Part shown: in pieces, positions 33,833-45,245 of the stretch
How positions within the stretch are numbered: position 1 is the first letter of the stretch
How the letters are laid out: each line of letters starts with the position of its first letter
Origin: Lophium mytilinum
Taxonomy: Eukaryota
Reading direction: 5' to 3'
DNA length: 64,000 nucleotides
NCBI GenBank assembly: GCA_010093605.1
Contig: MU004185.1
Span: forward strand, 1,137,334 to 1,201,333
Position numbers and translations under genes: made by a program
The notes under the pieces: model-generated
What the model was told of the DNA's origin: nothing
Databases searched by the model: none
What the model saw: only the letters and a program-made list of their open reading frames with translations

Positions 33833-36800
33833 CTAATCGCTATCCTCGAAGAAGTTCATAATCGCCTTCACCCCCAACGGCCCCAGCCCGTGCGGTGGAT
33901 AACACAGATAACTCGGATCCTCTACCGCACCTAACTTCTCCCTAAACTCCGTCTTCTGCGTGAGCTTCAGCTCCGAGGCGATGGCGTGGTACGCCCGACT
34001 CAGCACCTTAACCCTCGTGCCCTTCAGATTATGCCCCGGCGAGAAGCGCGCCGACGCGCCGCCGCCAAACGTGACCGACGTTGCGCCCGCCGCCGCAACG
34101 ACTTTGAGCGCATGCGTGACAATCTGCTCGATAGCGCCCGACGGCGAACCGGGGAAGTCCATCGAGTACTTGACCTGCCAGCCATGGTCCGGGCTGAGCT
34201 GGGCCATAACGACGAGCGCGCAGATGGTGCCATCCTCGGTCGTCGAGTAGTGGTACTGGCGATGCTCCATGTCCTGCCACGGGTGGATGTCCGTGAGATG
34301 GACCTGGCGGCCCTTGCGATTCGCGAGCCAGTCCTTGACCCGCGCGTCGATTTTGTCGCGGACCTCCTGTGGTACGGGCTCGCCGAGCATGAACTCGTGG
34401 ATCTTGACGCCTTCTTTCTCGGCGTGGCGGATCTTGCGCTGGACATCTTTGTCGTGGGCGGCTGGGTTGGCGACGGGGTCGACGCGCTGCTCGGCGACGA
34501 CGGAAAAGGTGCGCCAGTTGAGCTTTTCGGCGAGCACTTCTTCCATTTCCTGGCCGACGAGGAGCCAGAGGGGCTTGAGCTTGCGCTCTTTGGTGATGTA
34601 GCGGAGGTAGCCGTTGATAGTCTTGAGGTACTGCTGGGTGTGGCAGAGGGGGTTGCCAACGGTGATGGCGAAGCCGTCTTGCGGGACGAAGCCGACGGCG
34701 GCACCGGTGAACGGATCACGCCACACTTCGGTGCGCTCTTCGAGCCAGGAGGTGTTGGATGCATCACCGTAGTTTGCGATGAGCTTCTCGAGGGGCTGGA
34801 AGTCCAGACCAGCGGCTGCTCGGTCTTGGCCTTCCCATGGAGGGTGCATGGTGCTAGCTTCCGGATGCCTAAGCTGCTTGATGACCGGTTTGGCGGGCAA
34901 GCTCTTGGGATCTCGAGGGAACATGGAAGCGTGACGGATGTTTCCGAGGTTGAGAGCAAGCATTAGAATACGTTCGAGACCGATACCTCCGCCACCGTGG
35001 GGAGGAGCTCCCCATTGGAATCCTTGGATATAGTCTTCCATCGACTTGGGGTCTACCTTGAGCCTCTCCATCTTCTCTAGCAGCATGGCGGCGTCGTGGA
35101 TACGCTGTCCACCGCTAAGAATTTCTTGTCCGCGGAGGAAGATATCGAAGGAGTTGGTGACTTCGGGGTTGTTCGGGTCTGGCATGGCGTAAAAAGGACG
35201 AGCTGAGACAGGAAACTTATCTAGCACGTAGTAATCTGTGTTGTACTTGGCCTTGATCACCCTGCCGAGCTGAACTTCGTCTCTCGTACCAAGATCCTCA
35301 TTCAGCGGTAGTGGTTTGCCGTGTTCGTCTGTCCACCCAGAATCGTTCAACAGCTGAACAGCTTCGGAGAACGGAAGGACAAGTGTCTCCTCTAGCCAAA
35401 CGAGATCCTCGTGGGGGAACTGCTTTTTAACAATCTCAATTTCATGCTTGTAGCGGTCGTAGATGCCCTGGAAGATCGCCTTAAACGTGCGGTCCAGCAC
35501 ACGCAAGACTTCGTAATAATGCTCGTCGATCGCCATTTCAATATCCAGACCAGTGTATTCAGTCAAATGCCGGTATGTGTTGCTGTTCTCGGCACGGAAG
35601 ACAGGGCCAACCTCGTAGACCCTCCCAAAATCTGCCGATATACACATCTGCTTTGCCAGTTGAGGACTCTGTGCGAGGAAAGCACCACGGTTGAAGTATT
35701 CCACCTTGAAGACACTAGCACCGGACTCTGTAGCTCCACCTTGCAGCTTGGGGCTGTGAATCTCGATGAATCCCTCGGTGTCGAGGTGAGAGCGGAAGAG
35801 GTTGCAAATGCCTGACTGGATACGGAAGATGCCTTGGGAGGCAGTCGTTCGCAAGTCGATGACACGGCTGTTGAGACGGGTTCGATCTGTTATGTGGACG
35901 CGGTGGTGTCCCTCCCTGTGATGTTCCGTCTCTTCAGCCTCTTCTTCAATATTCTCCTCAGCTTGTGTGACTTCTGCCTCGTAAACAGTGAACGCCATGT
36001 GTTCCGTCACGGCCGCTTCGACGTGCAGTCCATGCACTGATATCTCGATGTCGTGTATTGAGGCCCCCTTGACCTCTCCTTCCTTTGCCTTGGGCTCTTG
36101 TACCACGCCCTTCACCAACACAACGGTCTCTGGATCTAGATGTTCAGCCCAGTATAGCATGTAACTCGAGATAGCCCCGTGTTCCATCAGCACGCCCTGT
36201 ATAGTCGCCGTCTGCTGTCGGAAGAGCAAGAAGACAAACTTGGCGCTCATCTTCCTGAGATGGTGCAACCGCGCGCGAAAGGTGACCTCACGGCCAATAT
36301 CCTTCGCACTCAGGGTGAGCAGCTGGACGCGCTCTTCGTGCTTCCACTCGCCGGCGTAGCCATTGACGGGGAGCACGCCGTAGCGGCTCTTCTGGTCCGG
36401 CGTGAGTTCGCGCTCGGCCTCGACCTCCATCAACTTGCGCCGCGCTTTCAGCTCCTCCTCTTTCTCTACACTCTCCTTCTTGCGTATCTCTTCGGCAACC
36501 TGCTTCTCGTGCTTCTTGAGCTGGTTGCGGGACATGGGCTCGCCATCTCGGTTGAGGGGCAGCTCGCTGGTGGAGGAGGACGAGGATTCGACTTCGCCGA
36601 GGCCGAGCTTCTGCCTCACGGCGCGGATTGGGCTGTGGGAGATGCCGCTGGAACGGTGGCCGCCAAAGGTACCGCTGCGGCGGACGGGGCTGTCGGTCTT
36701 GTCGAAGGTGCCACTGTGCTTGGGACTCTCAATGCCGCTGAGGTCTTTCGTGGTCGACTTACGGTGGCCGAATGTGCCGCTTCGGCGGGGAATGTCCTCG

Positions 36801-36964
36801 CTGTTGCGGTGGAAGATGCCCGAGGTGCGCGGTGAGGCAGTGCCGGGCGAGGCGGCGCCATTCACAACGGCAGACTTGGGGCTGGTGATGCCACTCTCGT
36901 CGTCGCTCTGGGGGTTGCTGTGCGAGACCTTCAGCTTCTCGAGGGCCTTTTTTAGCGAGGACAT
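33833..36964 (-). CDS. erdS: Ergosteryl-3beta-O-L-aspartate synthase: aspartyl-tRNA synthetase fused to a DUF2156 aminoacyl-tRNA transferase domain
   Basis: OB fold (VTFRARLHHLRKMSAKFVFLLFRQ), AspRS motifs GGATESGASVF, AFLAQSPQL, FRAENSNT, GAPPHGGGGIGLER, MFPRDP, then a ~350-aa C-terminal domain (LIANYGDASNTSW..VGNPLC..VTFG..FREKLGA) of DUF2156 type; intronless. Confidence 0.93.
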   Translation of the reverse strand: MSSLKKALEKLKVSHSNPQSDDESGITSPKSAVVNGAASPGTASPRTSGIFHRNSEDIPRRSGTFGHRKSTTKDLSGIESPKHSGTFDKTDSPVRRSGTFGGHRSSGISHSPIRAVRQKLGLGEVESSSSSTSELPLNRDGEPMSRNQLKKHEKQVAEEIRKKESVEKEEELKARRKLMEVEAERELTPDQKSRYGVLPVNGYAGEWKHEERVQLLTLSAKDIGREVTFRARLHHLRKMSAKFVFLLFRQQTATIQGVLMEHGAISSYMLYWAEHLDPETVVLVKGVVQEPKAKEGEVKGASIHDIEISVHGLHVEAAVTEHMAFTVYEAEVTQAEENIEEEAEETEHHREGHHRVHITDRTRLNSRVIDLRTTASQGIFRIQSGICNLFRSHLDTEGFIEIHSPKLQGGATESGASVFKVEYFNRGAFLAQSPQLAKQMCISADFGRVYEVGPVFRAENSNTYRHLTEYTGLDIEMAIDEHYYEVLRVLDRTFKAIFQGIYDRYKHEIEIVKKQFPHEDLVWLEETLVLPFSEAVQLLNDSGWTDEHGKPLPLNEDLGTRDEVQLGRVIKAKYNTDYYVLDKFPVSARPFYAMPDPNNPEVTNSFDIFLRGQEILSGGQRIHDAAMLLEKMERLKVDPKSMEDYIQGFQWGAPPHGGGGIGLERILMLALNLGNIRHASMFPRDPKSLPAKPVIKQLRHPEASTMHPPWEGQDRAAAGLDFQPLEKLIANYGDASNTSWLEERTEVWRDPFTGAAVGFVPQDGFAITVGNPLCHTQQYLKTINGYLRYITKERKLKPLWLLVGQEMEEVLAEKLNWRTFSVVAEQRVDPVANPAAHDKDVQRKIRHAEKEGVKIHEFMLGEPVPQEVRDKIDARVKDWLANRKGRQVHLTDIHPWQDMEHRQYHYSTTEDGTICALVVMAQLSPDHGWQVKYSMDFPGSPSGAIEQIVTHALKVVAAAGATSVTFGGGASARFSPGHNLKGTRVKVLSRAYHAIASELKLTQKTEFREKLGAVEDPSYLCYPPHGLGPLGVKAIMNFFEDSD

Positions 36965-38317
36965 GGCGGGCGTTGAGTGCCCCGCTGAGGCAATGGGGGG
37001 GTATCTGACGGTGTCTCGTGTGGTGTTTAAGGGGGAAACGAAGGAAGCAAGTGGTGGACAACAAAGACAGTGCCGGGAGCGGGCAACGCGTGAGTTTTTA
37101 AGAGGTCGGGCTCGTCGGCGTAGCTTGGTGCAGCGAGTGCAGTGGTTTACTTGGTCGGCCTAGGAATAACTAGGGACGCTCTTATGCAGCACAGGGATGA
37201 TGTAATGGCGAGATATTTGGGGAGACGGCTGGAGACCGTGCCTTTATCGGCGCGCGAGAGAAAGCTTGACCCGCCGGACGTCGCGCTACCAAAGATATGC
37301 TCTGCTGCTCGTACGAAGGGCAATGCCTCTCCACAATGCCGTGAGGTCTTTAAAACACGCCTCTCCCAGCGACACTGCTGCTCGGACACGGCTGTCGGCG
37401 GGTTTTTGATCGTCTTGTTCATCTGCTGACGCATCCGCGCCATCCGGCGGCATCTGATATGTAGCCAAAGAGCCATTATGGCCCCACCACTCACCAGAAC
37501 CGTAGAGACGCCGCCGGTCCCTTCTGCTCGTCTCCAGCACCGCCTATCTGCAAGCTTTTGCGGCTACAGAGAAGGCCTTGTTCGTCTACTTGGCCTGCCG
37601 TCCTCAATTGCCCGTTTCTTGAAGCCTCGGAATGCTGTTGCCCTTGTAGTCTGCCTCTCCTAAACCTAGGTAACCTCTGTACTCTGTCTCGTCTATGCAG
37701 AATCCGGGATGGGAATCTCAAAGCAGCAATAGGCCGATCACTCAGCCGCCGAGCCGATGACTGATGCAGCGACTCCGGCCTATTATTTTACTTACATACC
37801 TAGACGGCGCCCAAGACAAGGCAGCCAAAAGACCTGACGGCCCGATTGCTATGAGCCAGTCCTCTCGGATGACTACAAAGTACTCAGATTTGCAGACCAG
37901 CCACGTCTCATCTCAGAGAACAAGTTGAGGAAAAGCCAGGCCAAGTTTCACGTCCTTCCGAGCCCCGAATTGACATCTGTCTGACACTGTCAACCGCGCC
38001 ACGTCGCCACACTTCCAAGGTTTTGCTGCCCGCCACAACCTGATATCAACCCAGTTGACGCCTCATTCACTCTCGAACCACCAATTTACCCGCGGAGCCG
38101 TCAATGTGAGACACGCTCGACACACCCGACACGAATCACGCTTCAAAGTGATGTGCATCGCATACATAACTTACCTCTTAGCCACGTACCTCGGCCAATC
38201 CTCGTGTGCGCCATGGGATTTGCAGCCGCCCCCATCGGATTTTCGCCTCGTCATCAGGAATTCCATGTTTCCCAGCACGGGCTTCATGTGCTACAACCCG
38301 CAGCCTGCACGCGAGCG

Positions 38318-39919
38318 TCAATAATGGTATCTGACATCATCGCCGTCCGCATTCGACGCGGCGAAACCTCCCCAGTCGGCGAAGCTGTCCGCAAACCGCA
38401 CCGCCGCTTTCAGGTAGAAGTCTTGCGGGTCCCCCCAGGTTTCGGACGCGACTTTCATTGCGCGGAGCGCTGTCGCAGATATTGTCAGTCTGATAACCTA
38501 GCGAGATCATAACAGTGCAAATATAGGACGCGTACCTTTGACGAAATGTGCATCCAGCGCATGCTCCGACTTCAACGCCTTGTCAACCACAAACTTCCAC
38601 CCTCTCCCCTCGAGCTCGTACCCCGTAATTCGCTCCAGCTCCACCTTCGGCCTCAGCTGCGCGATATACACCGACAGCGTGAATAACCACCACTGCCGCA
38701 CCAAACTAACATGCCACCTCGCCGGCACCAATGGCAGCAGTATCCGCACCGCGTGGCTCGTTGTAAGCAGATGCACGGCAAAGAAGTCGAACTTCTCCTT
38801 GCCAACTTCCTGCGTCGCGACTAGAAGCGCAACTGCAGCCTTTTGGCTATCCTCGAACTGCTGACGCGGGTCCGACAGTTCCCATGCGTTCCAGTATTCC
38901 AGCACCAGGTCTTCGTGCTCGGCGAACAGCTTGTCAATATTGTCTGAGCCGCCATGGTCGAAGAGACCGTCGAATCGCGTGTCCGCGGATAGTCTCTGTA
39001 TAAGTTCGAGAGGGGCGGTAGAAGTGAATGGCGCCGGGCGCGTATAGGTAGGATCGTCGAGGTACTTACGGATGGGCGAGTAGAAGCAGGCTGCCAAAGC
39101 CAGCGCTTCGATAGCGAGGCTGCTCGAATTGAGCTCGTAGGCATATCCGAGATGGATTAGAGGATGACCAACTATACATCCATAGATCAATTAGCACAAC
39201 GCTCTTTCGCAAAACAGTCTTTGACGCAGAGAATGAAACAGGGCTGCCCATACGTCCAGATATCAATCCATTGACTAACGGCTCTTTCCCCTCAAACATA
39301 TACTCCCCAAGCAACGCCTTCCAATCGTACCGCTTCAGCACGAGCTGGTCCTCGAAGAAATCCACAAACGCGCGCTGGTACCTGTGCACTCTATTAGCTT
39401 TCCATCCCATCCCTCACCCAATCCTTAGGAAACGGAAGCACTCACGCCCTCCCCCCCAAAAACTCCCTCCAATCCTCCTCACTCACCTCCCCCGGACTAT
39501 CCACCCACGGCTCCAGCCCCGCGGCCTCCGTGTCATACACCTCATTCAGATGCTCCTTCGTGCCTCCTAACACATACGCGGATCCCAGCAACTAAAGCCA
39601 CCTATCAGCATTGCCTTTAACCTTCCAATTCCATGGGTGGGCTGGGAGGGTGGGAGTTTATACGCACATGCGGCATATGATTATGAAACCTAAGCTCATG
39701 ATAAATAACACTATAATTCGCATGATTCGCCTTAACCAGATGCTTCAGCGTCCTTCCCCTTGCCGCCTTCTCTGTTTCGATATCGTGCACCGCGACCGAG
39801 GGGAGCTCGATCCGCCGGCCCTGGTCGCCGGCGGAGCTCGAGCTCCCGCCGCTGCCGCTGCCGCGGAAGAAGGGTAGGCGGAAGGAGAGGGAGGGGAACA
39901 TGTGCGAGGAGTCGGACAT
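38318..39919 (-). CDS. Questin oxidase / AflY-like (DUF4243) oxidoreductase
   Basis: LKHLVKANHANYSVIYHELRFHNHMPH, YQRAFVDFFEDQL, HPLIHLGYAYE, FDFFAVHLLTTSHAVR, DAHFVK|ALRAM; four introns. Confidence 0.88.
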
Positions 39920-40462
39920 CGTGGCGGGAGTTTGGGATTGGTAGTGGGAGGAAGGGAGAGGTGGAGAGTCGAAAAGCTGGGATGGGGGCGAGCTTTCTTC
40001 AAAGGTGCGGAGGTGCCTGCGGGGAACGAACAGGTGATGCTTTGACTTGAGCTTTTGGGCGGCCTAAAGCTCTTTAGTGCGAGCCCAACCGTTTTTAAGC
40101 TCCCGCGCGTCGTGGCATGGGAGACCCTGTCAATCACGACTATGGGAGCATGGTGGGTCGATTTCACGGTTTCCGTTCACGGGTTGCAAGGAGCCGGCAT
40201 GCATTGGAGTTTACCTATACAGCTTTGGATTCCCTCCCTCCACAACGCTTCGCTAATCACAGGACCAAGAACACCAAATCACCCTATGAAATGCTTGAAG
40301 GAGAGGAGCAGAAGGGTACCATTCAGCCTACCTACACGAAGCCAACCCGTTTTCCCAGCGTGTCGCTACGCCCGCGGAAGTGAAATGAGGCTAAGAAGAG
40401 CACCAACACAGCTTTTCCCAACCACATGGCCTCGATTGGGAGCACCCACTTTTTTGGGAAGT

Positions 40463-42278
40463 CTAATACTCTGCCTCGCCCTCATCGCCATCATCCAGGC
40501 TGTCGCTGGCAACCTCTTCGTAATCCTTCTCCAGCGCAGCCAGGTCCTCGCGCGCCTCGGAGAACTCGCCCTCCTCCATACCCTCGCCGACGTACCAGTG
40601 GACAAAAGCGCGCTTGGAGTACATGAGGTCGAACTTGTGGTCAAGGCGGGACCAGGCTTCGGCGATGGCTGTGGTGTTGCTAAGCATGGCGACGCTGCGG
40701 TCGACGGAGGCGAGCTCGCTGCCGGGGACGCTGATGGGCCTATCTGCAGTCAGTATCGCGTCTAGAGCGGAGTGGCACTTTGACGTACTTAGTGTAGTTG
40801 ATACCCAGCTTGAATCCTGTGGGGCACCACTCAACCAAGTTGAAAGACTGTTTGGCCTTGAGAGCGCCAGCGGCCGCAGAGCAGTCGCGAGGAACGATAT
40901 CTCCACGGTACAGCAGAGCGACGGCCATGTACTTTCCATTGCGGGGGTCGCAGACGACCATCTGGTTGTTGGGCTCGAAGCCTGTTATTATCAGCATGGT
41001 CTTCATAGCTAGAATGGCTTCGAAAGAGCGTACATTGGAAGGTCAAATCATGGACCTTGAAGCTTTCATGGGAACTCTTCTTAGCCGAGATGACTGGCGC
41101 ATAGCTGATGAGCGGGTAGTGAATACGCGGGTAGGGTACCAAGTTGGTCTGGAACTCGTTCAAATCCACATTGAGGGCACCGTCGAAGCGCAGACTGGAG
41201 GTAATGGAGCTAACAACTTGCGCAATCAAGCGGTTGAGGTGCTCATAGTTGGGACGCGGGATATCAAGGCTGCGGCGACAGATATCGTAGACGGCCTCGT
41301 TATCAACCAAGAAGGTGCAGTCAGAGTTCTCAATGGTGCTGTGAGTCGAAAGAACAGCATTGTATGGCTCGACGACCGAGGTGGACACGCGAGGTGCAGG
41401 GTAGACGGCAAACTCGAGCTTGCACTTCTTGCCGTAGTCAGTGGAGAGACGCTCAAGGAGGAGAGCGCCAAATCCGGATCCAGTGCCGCCACCAAACGAG
41501 TGGAAGATCAAGAAACCTTGAAGGGAGGAGCAGTTGTCTATACATGTTAACGAATGCACACTATGCAATTGAGGGGTGATTTCGTACCAGCAACACGTCG
41601 GATCTTCTCAATGACACTGTCAACCATCTCCTTGCCAATGGTGTAGTGACCACGAGCGTCTGTTGCTATTCGTCAGCGTGTGTGTTTCGGCCGGGGTGGA
41701 CGGAACAGACAGTTGTTGGCGGCATCCTCTTTGCCACTGATCAGAAGCTCAGGATGGAAGAGCTGGCGATAGCTTCCAGTTCGGATCTCGTCAATTGGCT
41801 AGTATGGGGGTCAGTAAAGTGAGAGTTGTGCAATCTACGCGCTGGCCTACCGAGGGGTCGAGATCCACAAAGATCGACCGCGGGACATACTTCCCGTTGC
41901 CAGTCTCGGTGAAGAAGGTCTCATAGGAACCAGTATCAGCAAGGTCCTTGGCCTCGGGATCCGGGCGCCCATCGGCTTTCAGGCCATGCTCCAGGAGGTA
42001 CCTGAAGCCCCAATGTTAGTGTCTTGTCGCTTGTCGTCCGTGTCGCTGGGGTTGGTGGTGGTATGAGGGGGTGTTCGAGGGATGAGGAGAGGCTTACAGC
42101 TCCCAGGCACTGTTGCCGAGCTGGGTACCAGCCTGGCCGATGTGAAGGTGGCAGATCTATAGCAAGAAGCACGGTTAGCTGGGGTCTATACTGAGGATCT
42201 GGAGTCGACGGGCTGTTTATCGAGGGGTAAAAGACCAAACGCGAGCAAGCAAATGGAAGAACACACCTCTCCCCTCAT
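40463..42278 (-). CDS. tubB: Alpha-tubulin, divergent MRGE-type paralog (Aspergillus tubB-like)
   Basis: [31 protein letters not shown] signature, [27 protein letters not shown]-terminal EGEAEY; multiple introns. Confidence 0.93.
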
Positions 42279-42798
42279 GATTTCTGATCAGGCGAACGGA
42301 TCGCGGAATTGTACCAGACAAGTGTGGCGGAAGGAGTGGTTGAGCTTGGGTTCGGTGTACAACAGTCTAGGAGTAGAGTAGCGGTCAGTCGGGAGGAAGC
42401 ACTGGTGGGGTGTGGAGAACATTTATCTAAACCCGTCTAAGACACGCTTGGGCCAATCCGACGCGTTGAGTGCATAGCACATGTTCATGCACATGAATTG
42501 AGTGACATGGCAGCTATCTTGCCGTAGGGAGTCTATCTAACACGCTCACATACTGTTCTATACCAAAACTTTCACACGATCATCAAACAGAGGTTCAAAA
42601 CGCAGCGGAAGTCAGTAAACATCACGTGACGGTATCAGTATAGGACATCAAGGGTTGAAACACTTCTCAGCCAACGCCGAACAGTGACTCATTGGTATGG
42701 AAGGTCTACAAAGGAGTACCACGCTTTCTGTATCTTCTGATTCCTATGATACCCGGATTGTGCTAATGTACACCTTGCTGGCGCAGGCTCATCAGATA

Positions 42799-43791
42799 CT
42801 AGCAGTTCAGGGTGAGATCCTCATCCTCGTTGTCAGACACGTTCTTCGAGCTTTCAGCGCTCATCCTCGCAGCCTCAACCTTGGCGGCCTCATTCTTCCT
42901 CGCCAAGCTCATCGCCTTCGCAGTGATGCCTCCCTTCTCTGTAGATCCGTGAGCACGAACCTCGAGCTTGTGAAGAAGGTTCGCTTCCTCCTTCGTGATT
43001 GTTTCGGGCGCTTCTTTGATCTTCGGTTCGATCGCGGCGGCGGCTTCCCTGAAGCTGGTTTGTTTGGCCTGTTGTGCTTGCAGCTTCGTAAGGATTTTAG
43101 CCATGTTGGGAGCGCTCCGAGAAGATTCGTGGCCGGCGCGGAGAAGCGAAGCTATGTCGGAGGAGCTTCGAGAAGACAAGCTTCGCAGCATCGCAGGCTC
43201 TCGGTCAGTGGAAAAGCCACGAGGTCTAGTATCCTTTGCCGAAGTACCCTCCGCAAGAGCGGGTGGGACTCCGTAAGGCAGGAAAGCGATGGGGTTAGGC
43301 GTGGTTATATCAACCATGGCGGCCGGGAGATAGTTTGGCACCCAAGCTGCTTCACGGCTAACCGAAGAGCCTCTTGACCTGGCCTTCTTCGCCGCAATGC
43401 TCTGCGCATGAGCCGTGACCCCGCCCTTCTGCGTACGTCCATGAGCTCGAGTTTCGAGGCTATGGAGGCGATTGGCGTCCTCTTCGGTGATGGTTCCGTC
43501 CCCAATCTTCGGCTCAACCTTCGTAATCTCCCTCTTCAACTCATGCTCCAGTCGCGTATTGGGAGCCCCTGCGCTTTCCATGACTCCTTCTGAAGCAGCC
43601 ATCGCGGCCTCCATTTTCTTTTGCATCTTGGCCACAACATCCTCAAACAGCTTCAGATCCTCAAGTGTGACACCGTCGGTGGCGGCATCAAGTTTGGCGT
43701 CCACCATCATGGCAAGATCCGTGAAGCTCTTCATATCGAGTCCTGCCGTTTTGCTGCTTGCAGCCTCGTTGGCGCGAGTGAGGCGCTCCAT
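42799..43791 (-). CDS. SMP/LEA-like stress protein with two IT.E.AN.LH.LE.RAHG.T.KGG repeats
   Basis: Internal repeats ITEEDANRLHSLETRAHGRTQKGGVTAHAQSIA and ITKEEANLLHKLEVRAHGSTEKGGITAKAMSLA; probable 5'-UTR intron just upstream of ATG 43791; exact exon structure uncertain. Confidence 0.7.
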   Translation of the reverse strand: MERLTRANEAASSKTAGLDMKSFTDLAMMVDAKLDAATDGVTLEDLKLFEDVVAKMQKKMEAAMAASEGVMESAGAPNTRLEHELKREITKVEPKIGDGTITEEDANRLHSLETRAHGRTQKGGVTAHAQSIAAKKARSRGSSVSREAAWVPNYLPAAMVDITTPNPIAFLPYGVPPALAEGTSAKDTRPRGFSTDREPAMLRSLSSRSSSDIASLLRAGHESSRSAPNMAKILTKLQAQQAKQTSFREAAAAIEPKIKEAPETITKEEANLLHKLEVRAHGSTEKGGITAKAMSLARKNEAAKVEAARMSAESSKNVSDNEDEDLTLNC

Positions 43792-44578
43792 GCTGCTATG
43801 TATATTTAGTCTTTGAATTCGGGGTCTTGCGAGGGTAGAACATGACTCACCGATCGATCGCTTCACGGATGGAGCTTCGATAGGAGCAGTTTTAGAAGCT
43901 GGTGATACACTCTCCAGGTGGTGTTGAGGTGACTGTCCTGATGACAGCCACGTGTAAACGACGATAAGATATCAGCGGCCTTCACGACACGCAAGCGCTT
44001 TCCGTCGGCTTTCACTATCATCAAATTCAGATGAACTTTCTTCGGTGAATTGGATAGGTATTCGTGCACTGGTTTACCGCTGCGTGACGGGCTTTCACCA
44101 TCTCAAATCTGAAACAAGCTCGGCCTTTTGTACAACAAGCAAACTGGTCAGGGCACCCCAAACAGCGTCAGCACGGTGTACGTAGGCTAGAAGCGTAGCC
44201 GCTACCCCCGGTCCATGTTACTATAGCAGGTTCTCAGGCTGGGCACACCTATATGCCACCGTTCTGTCTTCGCTCTTGCCATATCAGCACCACTGTGAGG
44301 AGTGCCCTAGGTAGCTTGTCTCGAATCGGTCAAGAAGTAGTGTAATTTCCACTGTGTTGACCTTTACATCGTATCCCAGAGTTTCCAGGGCCTGCTGGGG
44401 CGCGCCAAGCAGTAGTAAGAGGTTTCCAAACTTATATATACCTTCACAGATTCTAGAACAGATCAGAAAGCGTGAACTAAGCGAAGGCAAGGCGCAGTGC
44501 CTCACAGAATAAGAGAGAAAAATAATAGCGCTACACTGCCTCTTAGTAAGAGATAGAGCAAAAGAATATTGAAAGAGC

Positions 44579-44870
44579 AAAAGACCACCCTCCCCGATGG
44601 AAGGCGTAGAAACCCAACGAGGGTTTACTCCGTAGCCCGGTTCACATGCTCACGTATCAATCGACGCTTATTGCATGTACCGTAATGGCTAATTCTCGAG
44701 GTGGGATTCGAACCCAGGGTTCCTCGAGTTGGCGACGTCGGCCGGTTCGGTTGGCGAGGGGCGGTGTGTCAGCTCGGAGGGAGAGCAGGACCAACTGGGG
44801 AAACCTGCTTGTTAGTGGTAGGTGAGCAAATTAATGGGAAATATATACCTTAGTTCAGAAATCGGTTCAT
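44579..44870 (-). ncRNA. Candidate structured ncRNA containing a tRNA-like minihelix / perfect B box
   Basis: Minus strand CTCGAGG-AACCC-TGGG-TTCGAAT-CCCA-CCTCGAG (44728-44695), followed by three hairpins and a T4 run; intron-like segment 44848-44805 upstream. Confidence 0.4.
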
Positions 44871-45245
44871 CTCACCGCGGGATCTATCACACTAACTATC
44901 TCACCGCGACGATGTCGTCCCATTTCGCGTCTGTGATGTTGTCTCACCTTACGTGTTATTTCAATTCACCTTGTTATATCTCATCTTATCTCCGCACGTT
45001 TTTATCCAGGCGCCCGACTGTACCTATAGGGAGACCTGCTACTTGAACTGATCAGCAACGTTAGGAGTGAAAAGCTCCAGAGCAGCTCTACTTACAATCA
45101 ACTACTACAGCTCCCTCGCAGCTCCGCGCGAAAGTCTTTCAGACTTCGAACGCCCACCATACTACATCACAACGAGAGAAGCGAAAGATACCTGCCACGA
45201 ACCCTCCTGATTATAAAGATTGAACGCGACTGCCTACCATACCCA

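Noticed and set aside
33960..37163. Long plus-strand ORFs (326, 253, 218 aa) overlapping erdS
   Set aside because: Antisense shadows caused by GC-rich codon usage of erdS.
40055..41550. Plus-strand ORFs of 236-250 aa over the tubulin gene
   Set aside because: Antisense to highly biased alpha-tubulin codons.
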